Below are positions 1 to 14,106 of a stretch of DNA of 64,000 nt, piece by piece. The position numbers and the translations under genes are program-made. The first letter of the stretch is position 1; each line of letters starts with the position of its first letter. Origin of the DNA: Camelus dromedarius. Taxonomy: Eukaryota. Below the pieces are notes generated by a model, which had not been told where the DNA came from, made no database searches, and saw nothing but the letters and a program-made list of their open reading frames with translations. Location of the stretch: NCBI RefSeq assembly GCF_036321535.1, contig NC_087437.1:59894001-59958000 (forward strand). Direction: 5' to 3'.

Positions 1-1119
1 TATCTATCCTAACCCACAAGAACCCACATTCATATCATTAAGGCAGTTGGTTTTCTCATCAGCCTATAATCAGACATTTGTAGCCACTTTAAAAGGCTCA
101 TATATCAATAGTCCACACTTAGTAATTACGAGATCAAAATCCCAGAAACAGTGGCTTTTACCTCCTTTTATCTGTAGTGAATTCTGTCAAGAAAATTCTA
201 GCATTGTAAATTCAGGAATGACTGAAGCCGTTTCAGGCTAAGTGGTCGCGAGCTGTCCTTTGTTGTTCAAAATAACTGAGAGAGCACTGTGCACAATGAC
301 AGACTCGGAGGGCTCCTCTCTCTTGAAAAGGAGAGTGTGGGGATGCGGGCAGAGGGGAAGCCTGCCTCGTATCCACCAGGCACAGCACATTCTTGACACT
401 TCCAGGCTGGGGAAGCCAAAGCACCCAGAACAGCAAAGCCTGGTGCCAGGCAGGGGCAGGCGTCTGGCCCCAGCTCGCTGGCATGGATAGGTCCGAACAG
501 CCAGACCACTGCTCCAATAAACATCCACTGGGGACCTAAGCCACGCCAAACCTTAGCTAACTTGGTGGAGAAAACTCATTTATCACTTGGCATGCCCACT
601 GGGAGTCAGCTCACACGATGCTCTTGGAGCCAAGAAGGGAGGTGGTGGGGCTGGCCCTGTGCACAGGGAGACACCGGTTTTCCAGGAAACACCCAGGCCT
701 GCTTGAAAACAGCAGCTCCTCCAGCCGCAGACCAGTGCCTTGGGACGGCCACATGGCGTCCCTGCGCTCAACCGGAGGCTGTCTCCGGGAGAGCTGTGGG
801 AGAGAAGAGTGACAGCACAAGGCTCTGGGAAGCCTACACAGATCGAACCCCCCAGGTGCACCCCACCATGTGCCGGAATCCACGTACCACAGGAACAGCA
901 AACAGGTCTCTGCTTTTCCCAAGGGGCTGCCTGGAGCCCTGGGTAGGACAACATCTGGACTCGGCAAGAAAGTGCCCGTGGCAACGTCCACCCGCGGGCT
1001 GGCTCACTCGCCCCATGGAGTCATCACCCCACTCTGTGGACACCAGCTCTGGCTGGAATCACACCTGTGCTGGGCAGTCGGGACCTCCAGAGAGGCAAGG
1101 CCAGGCTGGCGTGGGCAGG

Positions 1120-1262
1120 TCTGGGTTCAGATGCTAAGTCACCACTTCATCACCTGGCAACCCTGGTCAAAATACCTAAACTACATCGCCTATATAATGG
1201 GAAAAATCAAGGTGCCTGTCTCACAGGATTTTATGAGGAATGTAGCAGGAGCTCAACAAAGG
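1120..1262 (+). mobile_element. MIR fragment
   Basis: CTGGGTTCAGAT...CACCACTT...TATAATGGGAAAAAT...CTCACAGGATTTTATGAGGA. Confidence 0.55.
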
Positions 1263-1629
1263 ACAGTTAACATCATCACCCCCTCCCAATATAGCCAGAA
1301 TGCCTTTCCCATGCAAGAATACCTAGATTTGATAAAAGAATATGTCCTGTAATAAACACCCCAAGATACAGTAAGGCCATAATCGGAGCTGCCTGGCTCT
1401 GACTAGGAGGGGACCCAGTGCGCCCCACCACAGGCTAGTCAGGCCCCACAAATGCATTCCTCATTTGTGTGATCTCCGTCATTGATTCCAACAAGAGCTG
1501 CAGGAAAAGTGATTTCCTGGAAAAAGGGTTTGTTTTCTCATTGACATGTACTATGAATGTGAAGGCCTATTTTTATGACAGAAAGATAGATCTGCCAACA
1601 GACTGGCAGTCTTTCAATCCCCCAAACAC

Positions 1630-1850
1630 ACGTTCACCTCAGGGCCTTTGCACCAGCGGCTCCCTCTGTTCAAAACAGTCTCCCCCAGAATCGTCACATG
1701 CCTGGATCTTTCTAGCCCTTCAGGTGCCAGTTCAAATGTCACCCCCTGTGATCTTCCCTGATGAAAAAAGTAGCTACTCCCCCCAGTCCTGGCTATGCAA
1801 TTACCAGATTTATTTTCTCCATAGCATTTATCACCACCTGATATTAAGTG
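1630..1850 (+). mobile_element. L2 fragment
   Basis: CCTCAGGGCCTTTGCAC...CCCTTCAGGT...TCAAATGTCACC. Confidence 0.6.
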
Positions 1851-3244
1851 TTTAATGTTAAGTAATTTAATGCCGACAGGCCCCAACCAGCCTGTGAGGC
1901 AGCACAAAGGGGGCACCTTGTCTTCCTTGCTCACTGCCATGCACCCAGCTCTTGGCAAAGCGCTTCAGGTGCAGTAGAAGCTGAGCAAATGCTTGCTGTC
2001 GGAAAGAACGAGCACAAGAATGAGCTATGAAGATAAAAGCACCCAGAGAGAAGCATGTGATGTGACAACCTGCCCCAGCACACAGAGCGGTGTCCCTGCA
2101 GGACCTGTGACCTCAGAGGCTCCTTCCTCACCCCAGCACCTCCCCGGGGTGAGGCATGTGCTTCCCCACTGCCATCCTGGCCCTTCCTCAAAGGAGAGGA
2201 ATGTCTTCCACGTGGGCCTTACTCTACACTTCAGGAATATGGGTCTTCTGTTCACCCTTAACCTGCTTGTTAGAATGTCCCCCGGGGCTGGGCCGCAACG
2301 TCTCACCTTGTCAGAAGGAGAGCTGTTGCCGAGGACATTTTGTACCCAACCTGCAAGCTGCTTCAGAATAACAATGCCCTATTTTTACATTTTACGTCAG
2401 AAATGATATCAAAGGTACCTCCTTAAATGAAGTTTTCCTGGACTAAGGAAATACAGACAGATGTCCGATCGAAAGACAGGTGGAGCAACAGACAGGTATA
2501 TTGATCCCTCTTTTTTTAAAATCACTATCAAGTCCTAAAAACACCATCAGTTACCAGCAGCTGCATGCTGTCCCCCTCCAATAACTTTAGCCCCCTTTGA
2601 AAACAAAGATCTCCCAGTGTAAGTGAAAAATGCTGCGAATTCGTTGGTTTTAAATGAAAAGACTAAAAATTATAACTGATGTGCAGTTTTATGAGGAAAG
2701 AAAAATATAAACCTGCAGGTTGCCCCTCTCTGCAAGTGACTTATCTTGTTCTTTATCCTCTGCAAGATGTCCTAGATATGATTTGATCTTGTCAGGCAGA
2801 ACCACAAAGCAGCTGAAGAGGAAAAAAGAAGCCTGCCCATCTAATTTCCAAAGTAATTTCCAACCCCATTCTCGTGACCCAGTTTACCAGCAGCTCAAAA
2901 GCTACAGCCCCTCCCATCATCCTCACAACAGAACGTCCCTGTGCAGGCCATGCCCCCATGTCTACCTCACACTGTGCCACAGTCGTGCCCAGATAAGGGG
3001 ACGTGCAGTTAACGTGCTGGGACCCCTACAAGACTCACAGTATTTCAGCAGAGGTGGGATGCATTCTAGTTCTCCAAAACCTCAATATGACTGGGACTAG
3101 GACCAGGAGGACACAGAACATAAGAGGGACAGGCCTGGCACCTGTGGGTGACTAAGGGCCGAACAACCTCAACAGGGGGCGTGTGTCCGGCAAGTGTCCC
3201 ACAAGCCTGCGAGCTCCAGTCACTTGGCCAGGAGCGGGGTCTGG

Positions 3245-3425
3245 ATCTGAGGTTCCCCACCCTCAGTGTGTGCAGGCCTTTGCCAGGGGTTCAGGTAAAA
3301 ATACAGACTCCTGGGTCCTGACCCCAGACATTGAGTCAGAGTCTGGGGTGAGGCTCAGGACTCCTCATTTAAAAGCCACCCCATGTGTTTCTCCTGCACG
3401 TGGGCCCCCAGACTCATTGAGAAGG
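3245..3425. mobile_element. MER5-like hAT element
   Basis: AAAATACAGACTCCTGGGTCC...TGAGTCAGAGTCTGGGGTGAGGCTCAGGA...ATTTAAAAGCCACCCCA. Confidence 0.55.
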
Positions 3426-6400
3426 GGTGTGACAGAAGGCCCCACTTGACTCAGTGCCAGTCAGACTGCCTCAGCTCTGGGTCCCACACTGCAGCAGGGC
3501 CTCGGGCAACCCCCAGAGCGAGTCCAAAGTCAAAGGAGACGACAAGGTGCAAAAGGTGAGCAGTAGAGGAAGGAGCTGCGGGTGTTGGCCCATGGGCGAG
3601 GGGCGGGGGAGGGGACCACACAATCTCACACAGGAGCAGGTGGTTCTCTCCATCTCCTCCCTCTGCCCCCACTCAGGAGGCCACCATGTTTCATTTTCCT
3701 GCCTGTAACGGAGAGAGGATAAGTGGCAACGAGAAATCCTTTTCCCTCTGAGACGTCAATTCTTTGCTGACTCAGGAGCCCCGAACAAGGAATCAAGGAA
3801 GAGCAGGCCCTCGTGTCTGGAGGAGAGGAGGCCGCGGGCTCGGGAACTGGGCCCGGAGCCCTCTTTGTGCCCGTCGGCTGCACCAACTTTGTGTCCCCCT
3901 TGCCCTGTCCTCGTCCTCCTCACCTCCAGGAGTGGGAGTGTCTTGGGCAAGCAGGTAAAGAGATGAAGACCTTGCCAGCACAGCAAGGTAGAGAAATCAT
4001 ACGTAGAAGAATAAGCAAGACAAAGGCTGGTCTGTCTTGTAGGAGCTCCGCTCTGAGAACTGCAAACACCTGGGCCCTCCAGGTGAATTTCTAGGATGAC
4101 CAACAGGAACTATGGCAAATCACTGGCACAGAGCATGCCCTTGGAGGGTGAGGAGGGACCCGAAGAAAGACAAACACGCTGAGAAGAGTGGAGAGAGACA
4201 AAGAAATGGGCCCAGACACCCCCACCCCAGGGCTGAACAGGAATGAACCACAAAGATCTGTGCCACCTTCCGGAGCCTGCATGTGTCCGTGACCAGCTAA
4301 TGGTGCCACCACAGGGCCACGGGCCCTTCCAGGTATTCATAACACAGCTGTTGGGTTCCAGGAGCATAAATCTACCATCTCCACAGCGCACTCCACCCAA
4401 GGCCCGCGGCCCCACGGCCAGCACCGCCCCCTGCTGCCCCGCCTCCGGCTCCCAGTGCCCAGCCCTCTGTGCTGAGCTGTCATTCTTCAAAACAAGTGCT
4501 CCAGTCACCCCCGACCTTCCCCAGCACTCACTCAGGAGTCCATTTAGTGATCTCAAATAATCTGTACATAGTGGGTATAATCAATCGTTAATTTACCTCT
4601 TTTATAAAATAATGAGGTTCTGGTTGTTTACGTTTCATACTGAATTTTCCTGACAGTAGGAGCCAGTTTTCTGCAAAATAATGTTTTCCACTGCAAAAGA
4701 TAAGAGAAGGTATGAGATGAAGGAAAGCAGGGAGAGGGGAAGAGGTGGGAGGGGAGCACTGACCCTGCAGTATCAGGACTTCCCTGTGAGCCTTAGGGTG
4801 CGGGTCCCAGACCCCTGACCCACCAAGAAGCCGTGCGGCTGCGGGTCTGTCAGGGCTTCTTCACCACGTTCCTTGACTTGTTCTTTTCTGTGTGGTCATC
4901 TCCCACGGCCAAGGACCTCCCGGAGAACACTGCAGTTTTACACAAGTGACACCCACAAGGACGCATGTAGCCAGCTTCTGCTTCCATTGGGCAGGCAGGA
5001 AGGTGGCCTCAGCCAGGCCTCCCACAGCCCCTCCTCCATCCACACTAACCCCTTCCCCTCCTGGCTCTCAGGGACAGGGATGCAGCGGGCACCCAGGCAG
5101 GGAACCCATGGCCCCAGCTCACCCCGCTGAGCTCAGACCGGCTGGACTCCAGGACAGTGCCACCTGCACTCCTACATTTCCTGAAACCCCTCGTCCAGTG
5201 CGCCCAAGATGGGGTACACACCTCCGGATGGGTACAGAAGGGACTTCTAAGAGGCACACAGACCAACCACTTTATTTTGATACTCATGGACTTCTTTTGA
5301 AATGTAAAACAGTAGAAAAATTAGTAAAAACATTTTAGAACTATGATTTCAAAGATATTCCCTAAGGAGAGGCTAAGGGGGGAGAAAAAAAGGTGAGTCA
5401 GTTTAACATATGAATGAAGCAGCCAAAGCCGCAGGCAGCTCCAGGATACTGGCAAAAACCGTGAAGGAAACGGTCAATGGCTGGACGCTGGGGACACCGC
5501 TCGCGTCTATTGCCTCCTCTGAGGCTGAGACGATGTGTTTAAAATGCAGAGCATAGCACCGGAAGCCAGCAGGTGTCCACAGGCTGAGTCCCTGCCTTCC
5601 CCAAGGTCACACGTGCTGACGTCAGGACTAGATCTCCTGACTCCCCGTCTGCAGCCTGGCTGCTAACTCCTGCCTGTAACTTCAAGCCAGGACAGTCCCC
5701 CCAGCCACGTCCCACTCCCAGCACTGCTCTGAGCCCTGCACACCAGGCACTGGCGCCTGCTCGTGGCAGGACCACAAAGAAACGAAATGTAGGTCAGGCA
5801 GCAACGTGCACAACCATGAGCTCACGATCCTCGCCCACACCGGGCCCTTTACGCAGGAGGTGTCCACGGTCCCTTGCAGAGGTGGAGCTGCCGGTGCCAG
5901 GTGACGTGTGGATGACCGAGGCCCAGCCTTGAGCCCAGGCCTGACTGCAGCACACAGACAACCTCCATGGACTGCCTCTGCTAGACTTTTCCTATTGTGT
6001 ACCCTCGCCAAGGGGCAGAGCCCCGCGGAGTGTGCACTACAACCCCAGTTCCATCAAAGAGGTACATGTTTACAGCCTCTTGAGGCCAGAGGCCCATATC
6101 TGAACAAACTCCAGAGCAGAAAACCCTTCTCCTGGAGGGGCCCAGCATCCCCCCACTTCTCCCCAGCCCCCGATCTTCCACCTGCTCAGGCCAGTATCCT
6201 CCCTCCCCTGGGCCAGGATGCGGGCCTCCTGATGGGGCTCCCCATCATTCAGTCCTTCACACAGCAGCCAGGGTGACCCCTCTCTGCTCGACACCCAGAA
6301 GTGGCCCTTCCCAACACTCCATCAAAACCAAGACCCTCACTGGGACTGGCCCAGACCTGCCCTCCTCCCTCTAGGCCTGCCCTCTTCCCTCCACAGCCCC

Positions 6401-7759
6401 TCTGCTGCTCCTCAAACATGCCAGGCACCCACCACCCATCCTGCCACCCAAATGCTCTTCCTCAGGAGCTGCCTGGCCAGGTCCTCTGCTCCTCAAGGCC
6501 TCTGCTCCAACCCCACCTTCTCAGTGTAGTGGCCCCTGTCCACCCAACTAAGGACCAAGCTCGCCCCACACCCCACCTCTCATCCTACTGACATCCTAAC
6601 TTACTCACCTCCAAGGATGAGGTACAATGCACTCTTCGCTTCTCAAGGAACAGCAAAGAGATGGAATGAACCCTAACCCTCTTTGAGTCCCTACCTCATG
6701 GTGTCACAGGCAGCAGACAAGTGTTACTGGCTCATTTACTCCTCTCCCTGCCAGAAGCCAAGCTCCACCAGGGCAGGAGTTCCGACCACTCCTCTGTTCA
6801 CGGATACACCCAATGCGTCTCAATGTCCAGGACAGTGAGGGCACCTCTCAGGCACACAGTAACTATTGGCTCCTTGAAGGTTTCAAGCAGCAATACCGCA
6901 TGGGCTCCCCCGGCCTTAGAAAGAAAGCAGTGCTCCTTTGCCTCTGGCTTTCATGAGCGGCTCTTGGCTTCCCCTCCTTCAGCATTAATCTGTGTTGGCC
7001 TTAAGCCTCTGGGATCTGAGGCCCTTCCCTCCTGCTGTAGGGGAGCACAGATCACGCCACTGAGGGGACAGCCAGGTCCCTGGGCAGCGCCAGGCCTCTG
7101 CTTCCCTGCAAGGTAGCCTCCCAGCCTCCACCCCAACCTGCCAGCTGCCCAAGGCTCAGGCCTAGCAGCCGTGGCTAGGAAAGGGGAGACCCTCTTGCTA
7201 ACTGCAAAAGCCAAGGTGGGTGAGCAGCATGGGCAGAGCCAAGAGGCTGTACAAGTCACTGATTCAACCCTTCAAGTGTCAGGGAGGGAAAGTGAGGCCC
7301 AGCAAGGGGGCGGGGCTCTCCCACGGCCAGTCCCTAGGGGAGCCAGCCCCCAAGCCAGGCCCCGTGCCTCCCACACAAAGGCACCCCACCTGCAGCTGGT
7401 GGCACCCTCCTCTCCGCCCTCATCTACAGAGATCCAGAAAACGCTGGGGAAGACTGGTCCAAGTCTCGGCATGACCAGAAAGCTCACAGTGGCGCTAGGA
7501 AACGCTCGAGCCTGTCCTCAGAGCTTCCCTCCTTTTCCAATTCCCAAAGCTGCCCCCAAGTTTCCACCTCCTGTCACAGAGGCAGCTGGACTCACACCAA
7601 GAAAAAGGAGCCTACACCAAGTGCTCAGAAGAACGCAGGATGGACAGGGGCCCCACGGCACTGGGGAGGAGCTCAGCAGGATCTCGGAAAGGTCCACAGA
7701 CCCTCGGACCAGGAAGGGCCCGTCCAGGTCGTCCAGGTGTGGAGTCCAGAGAAACCCAA

Positions 7760-8350
7760 GCCTGTACGTGTATGCAGATGTGCACCTCAGGCTCACTGCA
7801 GCAGTCTGCAGTGACCAAAAAGTGGGGCAGCCCAGCCACCCCTCAGAGAAAAAATGGATAAACGGAGGTCTCCCCGTAACAAAATCCCAAAGGACAGTTA
7901 AAATGACCAAACAAGACCTGCATGTAACAACACAGATAAATGTCAGAACTATAATGTCAGGTGCAAAAAGAAATATCAAAAGGATGTATAATGAGAGCAT
8001 TTATATAACTGTTTAAGGTCTACAAAGCAATGAAGTATATTTTTATATAGGTATATATCCGTGTGTGTACATGAACACATATACATGTGGTAAAAGCACA
8101 AATTCTACAAAGAACACCACCTCCCTGTGTGGGACAGTGAACACTTCTGGGGCCAGGGAGCGAGGGGACAAGAAATAAGGGTGGACTTTAGCTGTATCTG
8201 TAATAATTCATTTCCTTAAAAAAAGAATCTAAGCAAATAGAACCAAATGTTCACCCTTATTTAACCTATACTGTAGGAAAACAGGTACCTATGACATTTT
8301 TTCTGAATTTTTCTATATTTTGATGCTTCATAATTTAATGTATAAAAATA
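7760..8350 (+). mobile_element. Degenerate old L1 (L1ME-like) 3' fragment
   Basis: AAAATGGATAAA...CATGTAACAACACAGATAAATGTCAGAACTATAATG...CATTTATATAA pattern; boundaries approximate. Confidence 0.5.
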
Positions 8351-8359
8351 CTAGAAAAA

Positions 8360-8512
8360 ATTTTATTGAAATATAGTTGATTTACCATATTGTTACTTTC
8401 AGATGTACAGCAAAATGATTCAGTTATATTTTTTACAGATTATTTTCCACTACAGGTTATTACAAGATACTGAATATAGTTCTCTGTGTTATACAGTAAA
8501 TCCTTGTTGCTT
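8360..8512 (-). mobile_element. Short 5'-truncated L1 3' end (laurasiatherian L1MA-like)
   Basis: TTTTATTGAAATATAGTTGATTTAC...GTACAGCAAAATGATTCAGTTATA...TTATTACAAGATACTGAATATAGTTC; possible AAAAATTTT TSD. Confidence 0.75.
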
Positions 8513-11500
8513 AAAAATTTTTTTTCAATAAAATATTACCTAAGAGGCGAGAAAGCAAGGCTGTGCAGCGTGAATCCGCAGGCAAGCCCTTAATTAAAGA
8601 CGCAGCGTGAACGTGAGGAGCAGCGCTGCTGAGTCCTGAGTTTCTCACATTCATTTGCAGACATAGGACCATTTAGGACTGTAAAGTGTTCCTTGCGAAG
8701 AGTCATGGAAGGGTTCCTGGGAACAATACAAAAGAAGGGAAAAAAAAAAACATACAGAGATGTCCTCTGTGGTGTTACTTACAGTGGGAAAAAAATCAGA
8801 CTTACAGAATGGCTTACAAAAGAAATAGACAATAACTTACTCTACAGCCATACAAACAATAAGCGCAAGATGAGACGGAAAGACGGGAAGGTATCTACAA
8901 GCTGCAGCACCACGTGCAGGTCCCACGAGAAGTGAAATGAGCAGAGAGCCCATCCCCCAGCTACACCAGAAGTACCCGGCCCATGGACAAGGCTCACGGG
9001 GACCCAGACAAACGGAGACAGTTCTTCCACCTAGAGTTTTATTGTCTGTGTGGAAGCTGGTCACCAAGGGCTCTCAGTGGGGTCCTGCCTCTGCTCTGGC
9101 CCGCCCGCCCACCTTTCTCTAAGCACTTTCTCCCCACACCCACCCCAAGGCCCAGGACTCCGCCTCCTCGGAGCTGAATACACTCATGGGGCAGCAAGAA
9201 CTCCCTTTCGTTTTTCCAGGCTCTAACAAATCTCACAGAGATTTCCACGAATCAGTCCCGGATGCTGTGCATGTCACGGAACAGGGCTCGAAGTCAACAG
9301 CTCCAGAAATCAGGCAGTTGAAACAGCAAGCTCAGATTTCATCTTCCAGAGCCAGGGACCCAAGACAGAACTCTCCCCTTAAGTAAAGAGGAATGTTTTC
9401 ATTTTGCTTCTGCTCTCAAAGTCTTGCAACCGTGAGAGAGCGGTATCAGTGAGTAACTTCAGTTGCTCACGTTTCTGATCAAAGCAAAAGCTGCTCAGGG
9501 AGTCCGAAGACCAGGCAAGTAAACGCAACCAACTTCCAAAACGTCTTACTCCCTCTGCAAACACTGCTCATCATACTCCGTGAACTATTTAACAGTCCAG
9601 TCTTCACTGAGGAAGGCAGTCACTAGCCAGGTAGGGTTTTAGACTAGAACACACAGAAGAAATGAGGCTCTCAGACAAGCTCCCACCAGGGAGCCCCTTC
9701 CACTGCAGACTGCAGGTGACCAGTGTCCCTGAGGCTGGGCAGCATGTAGCTGGGCACCCCATTCCCAATCCATCACCCACTCCTGGCTGAGTGAGCCACA
9801 GGCACAGCCGGACCCTGAATGGGGGGTGATCAGGGACCCAAGACTTTGGCCATGACTCAGATGTCAGCAGCACCCCATCCCTGGGGACCCAGGACCAAAG
9901 TCCAACCCTACATTGACCACAGTTAAACTCACCTTAAAACAGATCTTCAGCAGCCGGAATCACAAGCATCTCACCCGGCCCACCTCCCTCCAGGGGTACT
10001 CCCATATCATGGTCTCCACCCCCCAAGCTAGTCTCCTGAGCAGAAGGCTTGTTCCTTCCCTGCTGTGAGAGAGCTGGGACCACTGGATGTAATGCTGCTC
10101 AGCCCCTGGCCCTCAGGGCTGTCATCCTCTCACTCTTACTCGGTACATACACCCAGTGTAATGAAGCATGTAGGCCAGGTGACCTCTGTGCCAAACTTGC
10201 TCTTTTATTTTATGAGACAAAGCTGAGCATCCACTCAGCCTGCTCACAAAGCCCAGGCTGGGGTGTGGCCACCTGCACCAGGATCTGACCTGTGATAAGC
10301 AGGCGCAGACCAGGACGGCCTTCATGGAGGGGGCGGGGGCCGCCTGCCTCATGTCCAAAGCAGACCCCTGGGATGTGCTGGGCACAAGCTGGTCCTTCAG
10401 ACACATTAATTCACTTAATTTCATCCAGCATTTTGAGGTGGATGATATTGTGCCCTTTGGGCAGATGAGGAAGGAGATCAGGAAAAACAAACAACTACCC
10501 GCAGCCTCCTGGAGGGTACGGTGGGCCTGGAACCTGACCAGGCCCATCTGGAGCAACGGTGGGCTCCGTGGAGAAGCACCTGCCCGCCCTTGCGCTAGGC
10601 TCTTCAGGAGAGACAGCCACACAGACCCTGCCCCCCAGGCCTCCCGTCTGGCAGCTTCACCAGCACTGCAGTCAGAGCAGTGATACCGGGAGCATCAGAA
10701 AGACTGACACAGGCAACAGGTCTTCAGAGAGACTGGACGCTCCAGTGGGGCGAGTTACACGGTAAGTCAGAAACAGGTGTCTGGAGCATCAACTGTGTGT
10801 CATGTGTATCAGCTCACATAACGGGGAGCCCACTCCTCGGCACCCAGAGATCCCTGTAACAGGCATGGCAGGACTGGGCTGGATGGGGTGCAGACCCAGG
10901 TGGGAGACCGCAGCAGGATTCCTTACACCCCCGCCACACGCACACGCTCAACCCCAGCGAGGCCCCCGTGGGCTGAGCCGGGCCCGGCAGAGGGGCAGTG
11001 GGAGCCTTCGGAAGGCTCTGGGGCCTGCACCTGAGCCCGTCAGCTCGATTCTGGAGCAGACCCCTGTCCTCTGACTGGCTGTGTGGCCTTGGGCAAGTCA
11101 CTCAGCCTTTCTGGGCCCATTACCTCACAGGTAACTTGAGGGGACAAGACTACACAGCCTTTCCTCTTTCCTCTAGCCCTGACCTCCTGTGACCTGCTGC
11201 CACAAGAGGGAAGTGGGGCTCCAAGCAACATGGTCCCCTAAGCCCATTTCCTCAACAGCTGCGCCCAGCTGGTTCTCAGGGCAAAAGCTGAAGGAGGAAT
11301 GAGATCCACCTGATCTTCTCACACCCCTCGAGGGCCCCTCAACCTGCTGACAAGGGAGTGGACATGTGTGTAAGGTTCCAGCGAGCAGCAGGCACCGGGG
11401 CGCCGGAGGAACACTAGAACCACCACCAAAATAAACAGCCATCACAGGCATCAGGGCACAGGGCCCGCGGGTCTGAAACAACCCCGCTCCACCACCTCGG

Positions 11501-14106
11501 GGTTATACGGCTCTGAGCAAGCTCCAAACCTGCTCTGGGCTCGGGGTCCTCAGCTGGGAAGCCTCTTCCTCGGAGACAGTACCTCCCTCCTCAGAACTGC
11601 TCACTCTGAGGGTAAATGGGAGAGCGAGGTGGGGTCTAGCAGGGCGCCTGCCGCTGAAATGGCGGCAGCTGTGCCCTCCCTGATGCTGATGGGGAACATC
11701 TGAGGGGACCTCCACACACCTCGCCCTCATCCCGAGGTGCCGCCCGGCTTGGGGCAGAGGCCGAGGAATGAAGCCATGTTTCCCAGAGGGGGAAGCAGAG
11801 TCGGCAAGGAGGGCTTGGGAAGCCAGCCCAGAATGAGGTGAATGATGGCTTCAAGACCCCCACCCCCCGTCTCCTACCTTTGCAATCGGGAGAAGCCTGG
11901 AAAGGACACGTGTTTTACAACTTCCCACGCCCAGTCTCAACATGCCAGTAAGAGAGCTATGGAGCTGCAATGCCCCTGAGCATCTCACAGCCGAGGCACT
12001 GAGGCTCAGAGACACTGAAAAGCCCCACCGGTGGAAGCCAGGGTCAGGGAGGGCCCTAGAAACCATGAGCAAGGCACCTGGGCAGGACTGTCCACCGTCC
12101 TTCCGCTGAGAGTGAGCCAGGGCTGGGCTGCTTCCCGGAGAGGCTGACTAGCAGCCCCACGCTGCTCACTAGCTGGGGGCTCCAGGCAGATCAAGCAGCC
12201 CCACCCTCCCTACTTGTTAAGGAGGGAAGTGAAGCCCCTCCCACCTCCCTCAGACCAGCATCAGGATCTCTGCGTAGCAGTACCCGGGGGACAGCTCTGA
12301 AACCAGGAACAAGTCTCCAACACACACCTGGGTCTTCCCGGCTGGTCTCAGGTTGGATGACTTCTTCTCTGGAGGATCAGTGTTAAAAGGTGCAAGGAAG
12401 GCTTCTTAAATCAAGAGGCCTCCCCAGACGGCAAGGGCTCCCAGTGCTGCCGCCACTTCTTAACATGTGAGAGCACGGCGCTCACAGAACATCTGAAGGC
12501 GTGGGCGCTCGGCAGCCCGGCCCACATTTAGACTTCACTGCCCACCTGTGCCTGCTCAGCCAGCTCGTGCCGGGTCCCACTCCACGCAGGGCCCTGTGCT
12601 ACACTATGTCCTGGACACAGAAGGAAATGAGACAGCCCTGCCCCCAGGAGCTCCCAGACGCGGCAACTGTAGCACAGCGGGACTCAGGAGAGAAGGGCTA
12701 ACCCAGGTAGGGCAGGCAGGCATGACTCCCCCACATAACTGGCACCCACCTGAGTTTAATCTTGAAGGGTGAAAAGAGTTTGCCAGGTAAAAAGGCAAGG
12801 ATGGGTGTTCCAGGAGAGGAAGCACCTGAGCAAAGTCCCTGAGGCGTGAAGAGGCTCCCACAGCTCCGGCAGCTCAGTGAGCAGCCCCGAGATGGCAGGG
12901 CTCCCTCTGCCTGTCCCGGAACACTGACGGCCCAGGCTGTCTGACCGCAGCCCACCAGCCGGTGCCCCCTCCCTCCTGCAGCGCCCCTCCCCCCATCTTC
13001 TAGTCATGACTCTCCTGCCGGGTATGGGAGACAAGGTCTGTTGCCCCAGCTGCCTCTGCAAGATTGGGAAGGCTGCATCCTACACCAACGTTCAATGGGC
13101 ACACATCCCCAAAGCTCCCTGACTCCCACAGAAAGCCCCTCCGTCCTCCCAAAGGTGCCCCAGGCACACCTGAAATCCCCTGCTGTGTCCTCCTGCCCCC
13201 CACACAGGGGTGGCCGGGGGCGCCCAGAGCAAGGCTCACGCTCTGCCTGCTCCTGTGCAGCTTATCAAGCAAGGACTAGCCCCCTGTCCACTTGCCAGAG
13301 CTGACGAAGCCCCTCCAGAACCCCTCAGTGACTGAGACTCAAGAAGCCTGACCCTCTGGGCAGGTCTCACAGAGCCCACATCCTGACTGGTAAGAACAGG
13401 GACGCCTCACAGCAGATGGTGGGGCATGAACCACAGAGGGTGAGGGCCGAGGCCCCCCTCACAGAGGGGTGGGAACAGGGGAAAGGAGCAAGGTCCGGGG
13501 GATGTGGCTCTCCCTGCAGCCTGGCTCTTCAAAATCACGTAGGGCTTAGACTTGGCTGAATTCCCAAAAAGGTTACAAACAATAGCTGTGTGCGGTCAGA
13601 CCAAGAAAACAAACACCATTAAGAGGTAAACAAAACATGAAACAGGTTCACGGTTTACAAAAAACAAGTCTGAACTGGCCCTTCTGGAAACTTCCAGAAT
13701 TAGAACATCTAGCCAGGAAAATTCACAGAGAAGACGCAGCAGGATCACCCGTGCTGCCCACACAAGACTGCAAAGCACGGACCGGCTTCAGCGCCCTGAC
13801 AGGGAAGAGCAGCACCTGCTCCAGAGCCCAGGCCACAGCGAGCGGGCGTCTCTGAGCCTCTGCCCAGAACCGGGCACGAGCGAGGCACAGGGGGGAGGGG
13901 GAGGGGGAGATACGGCCTCTTCCTCCAGCAGGAGAGAGGAAGCCTGGACACAGTGGGCAGCAAACCAGGCCACGGCACCGGGGCTTTCAGACAGAGGCAA
14001 ACGGCGCACCGTTAAGGGAAACGAGGGGCCGGGGGAGGGTCGGAGAGGGACAGAACACTGCATCTGGGGGAGTGAGGAAGGCTTGGAACATCACGAGGGC
14101 ACCCTG

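Noticed and set aside
7171..8016. 281-aa plus-strand ORF
   Set aside because: Non-ATG start, low-complexity Pro/Ala/Gly/Arg composition, no recognisable domain, and the 3' part runs into degenerate L1. This is expected by chance in GC-rich intron.
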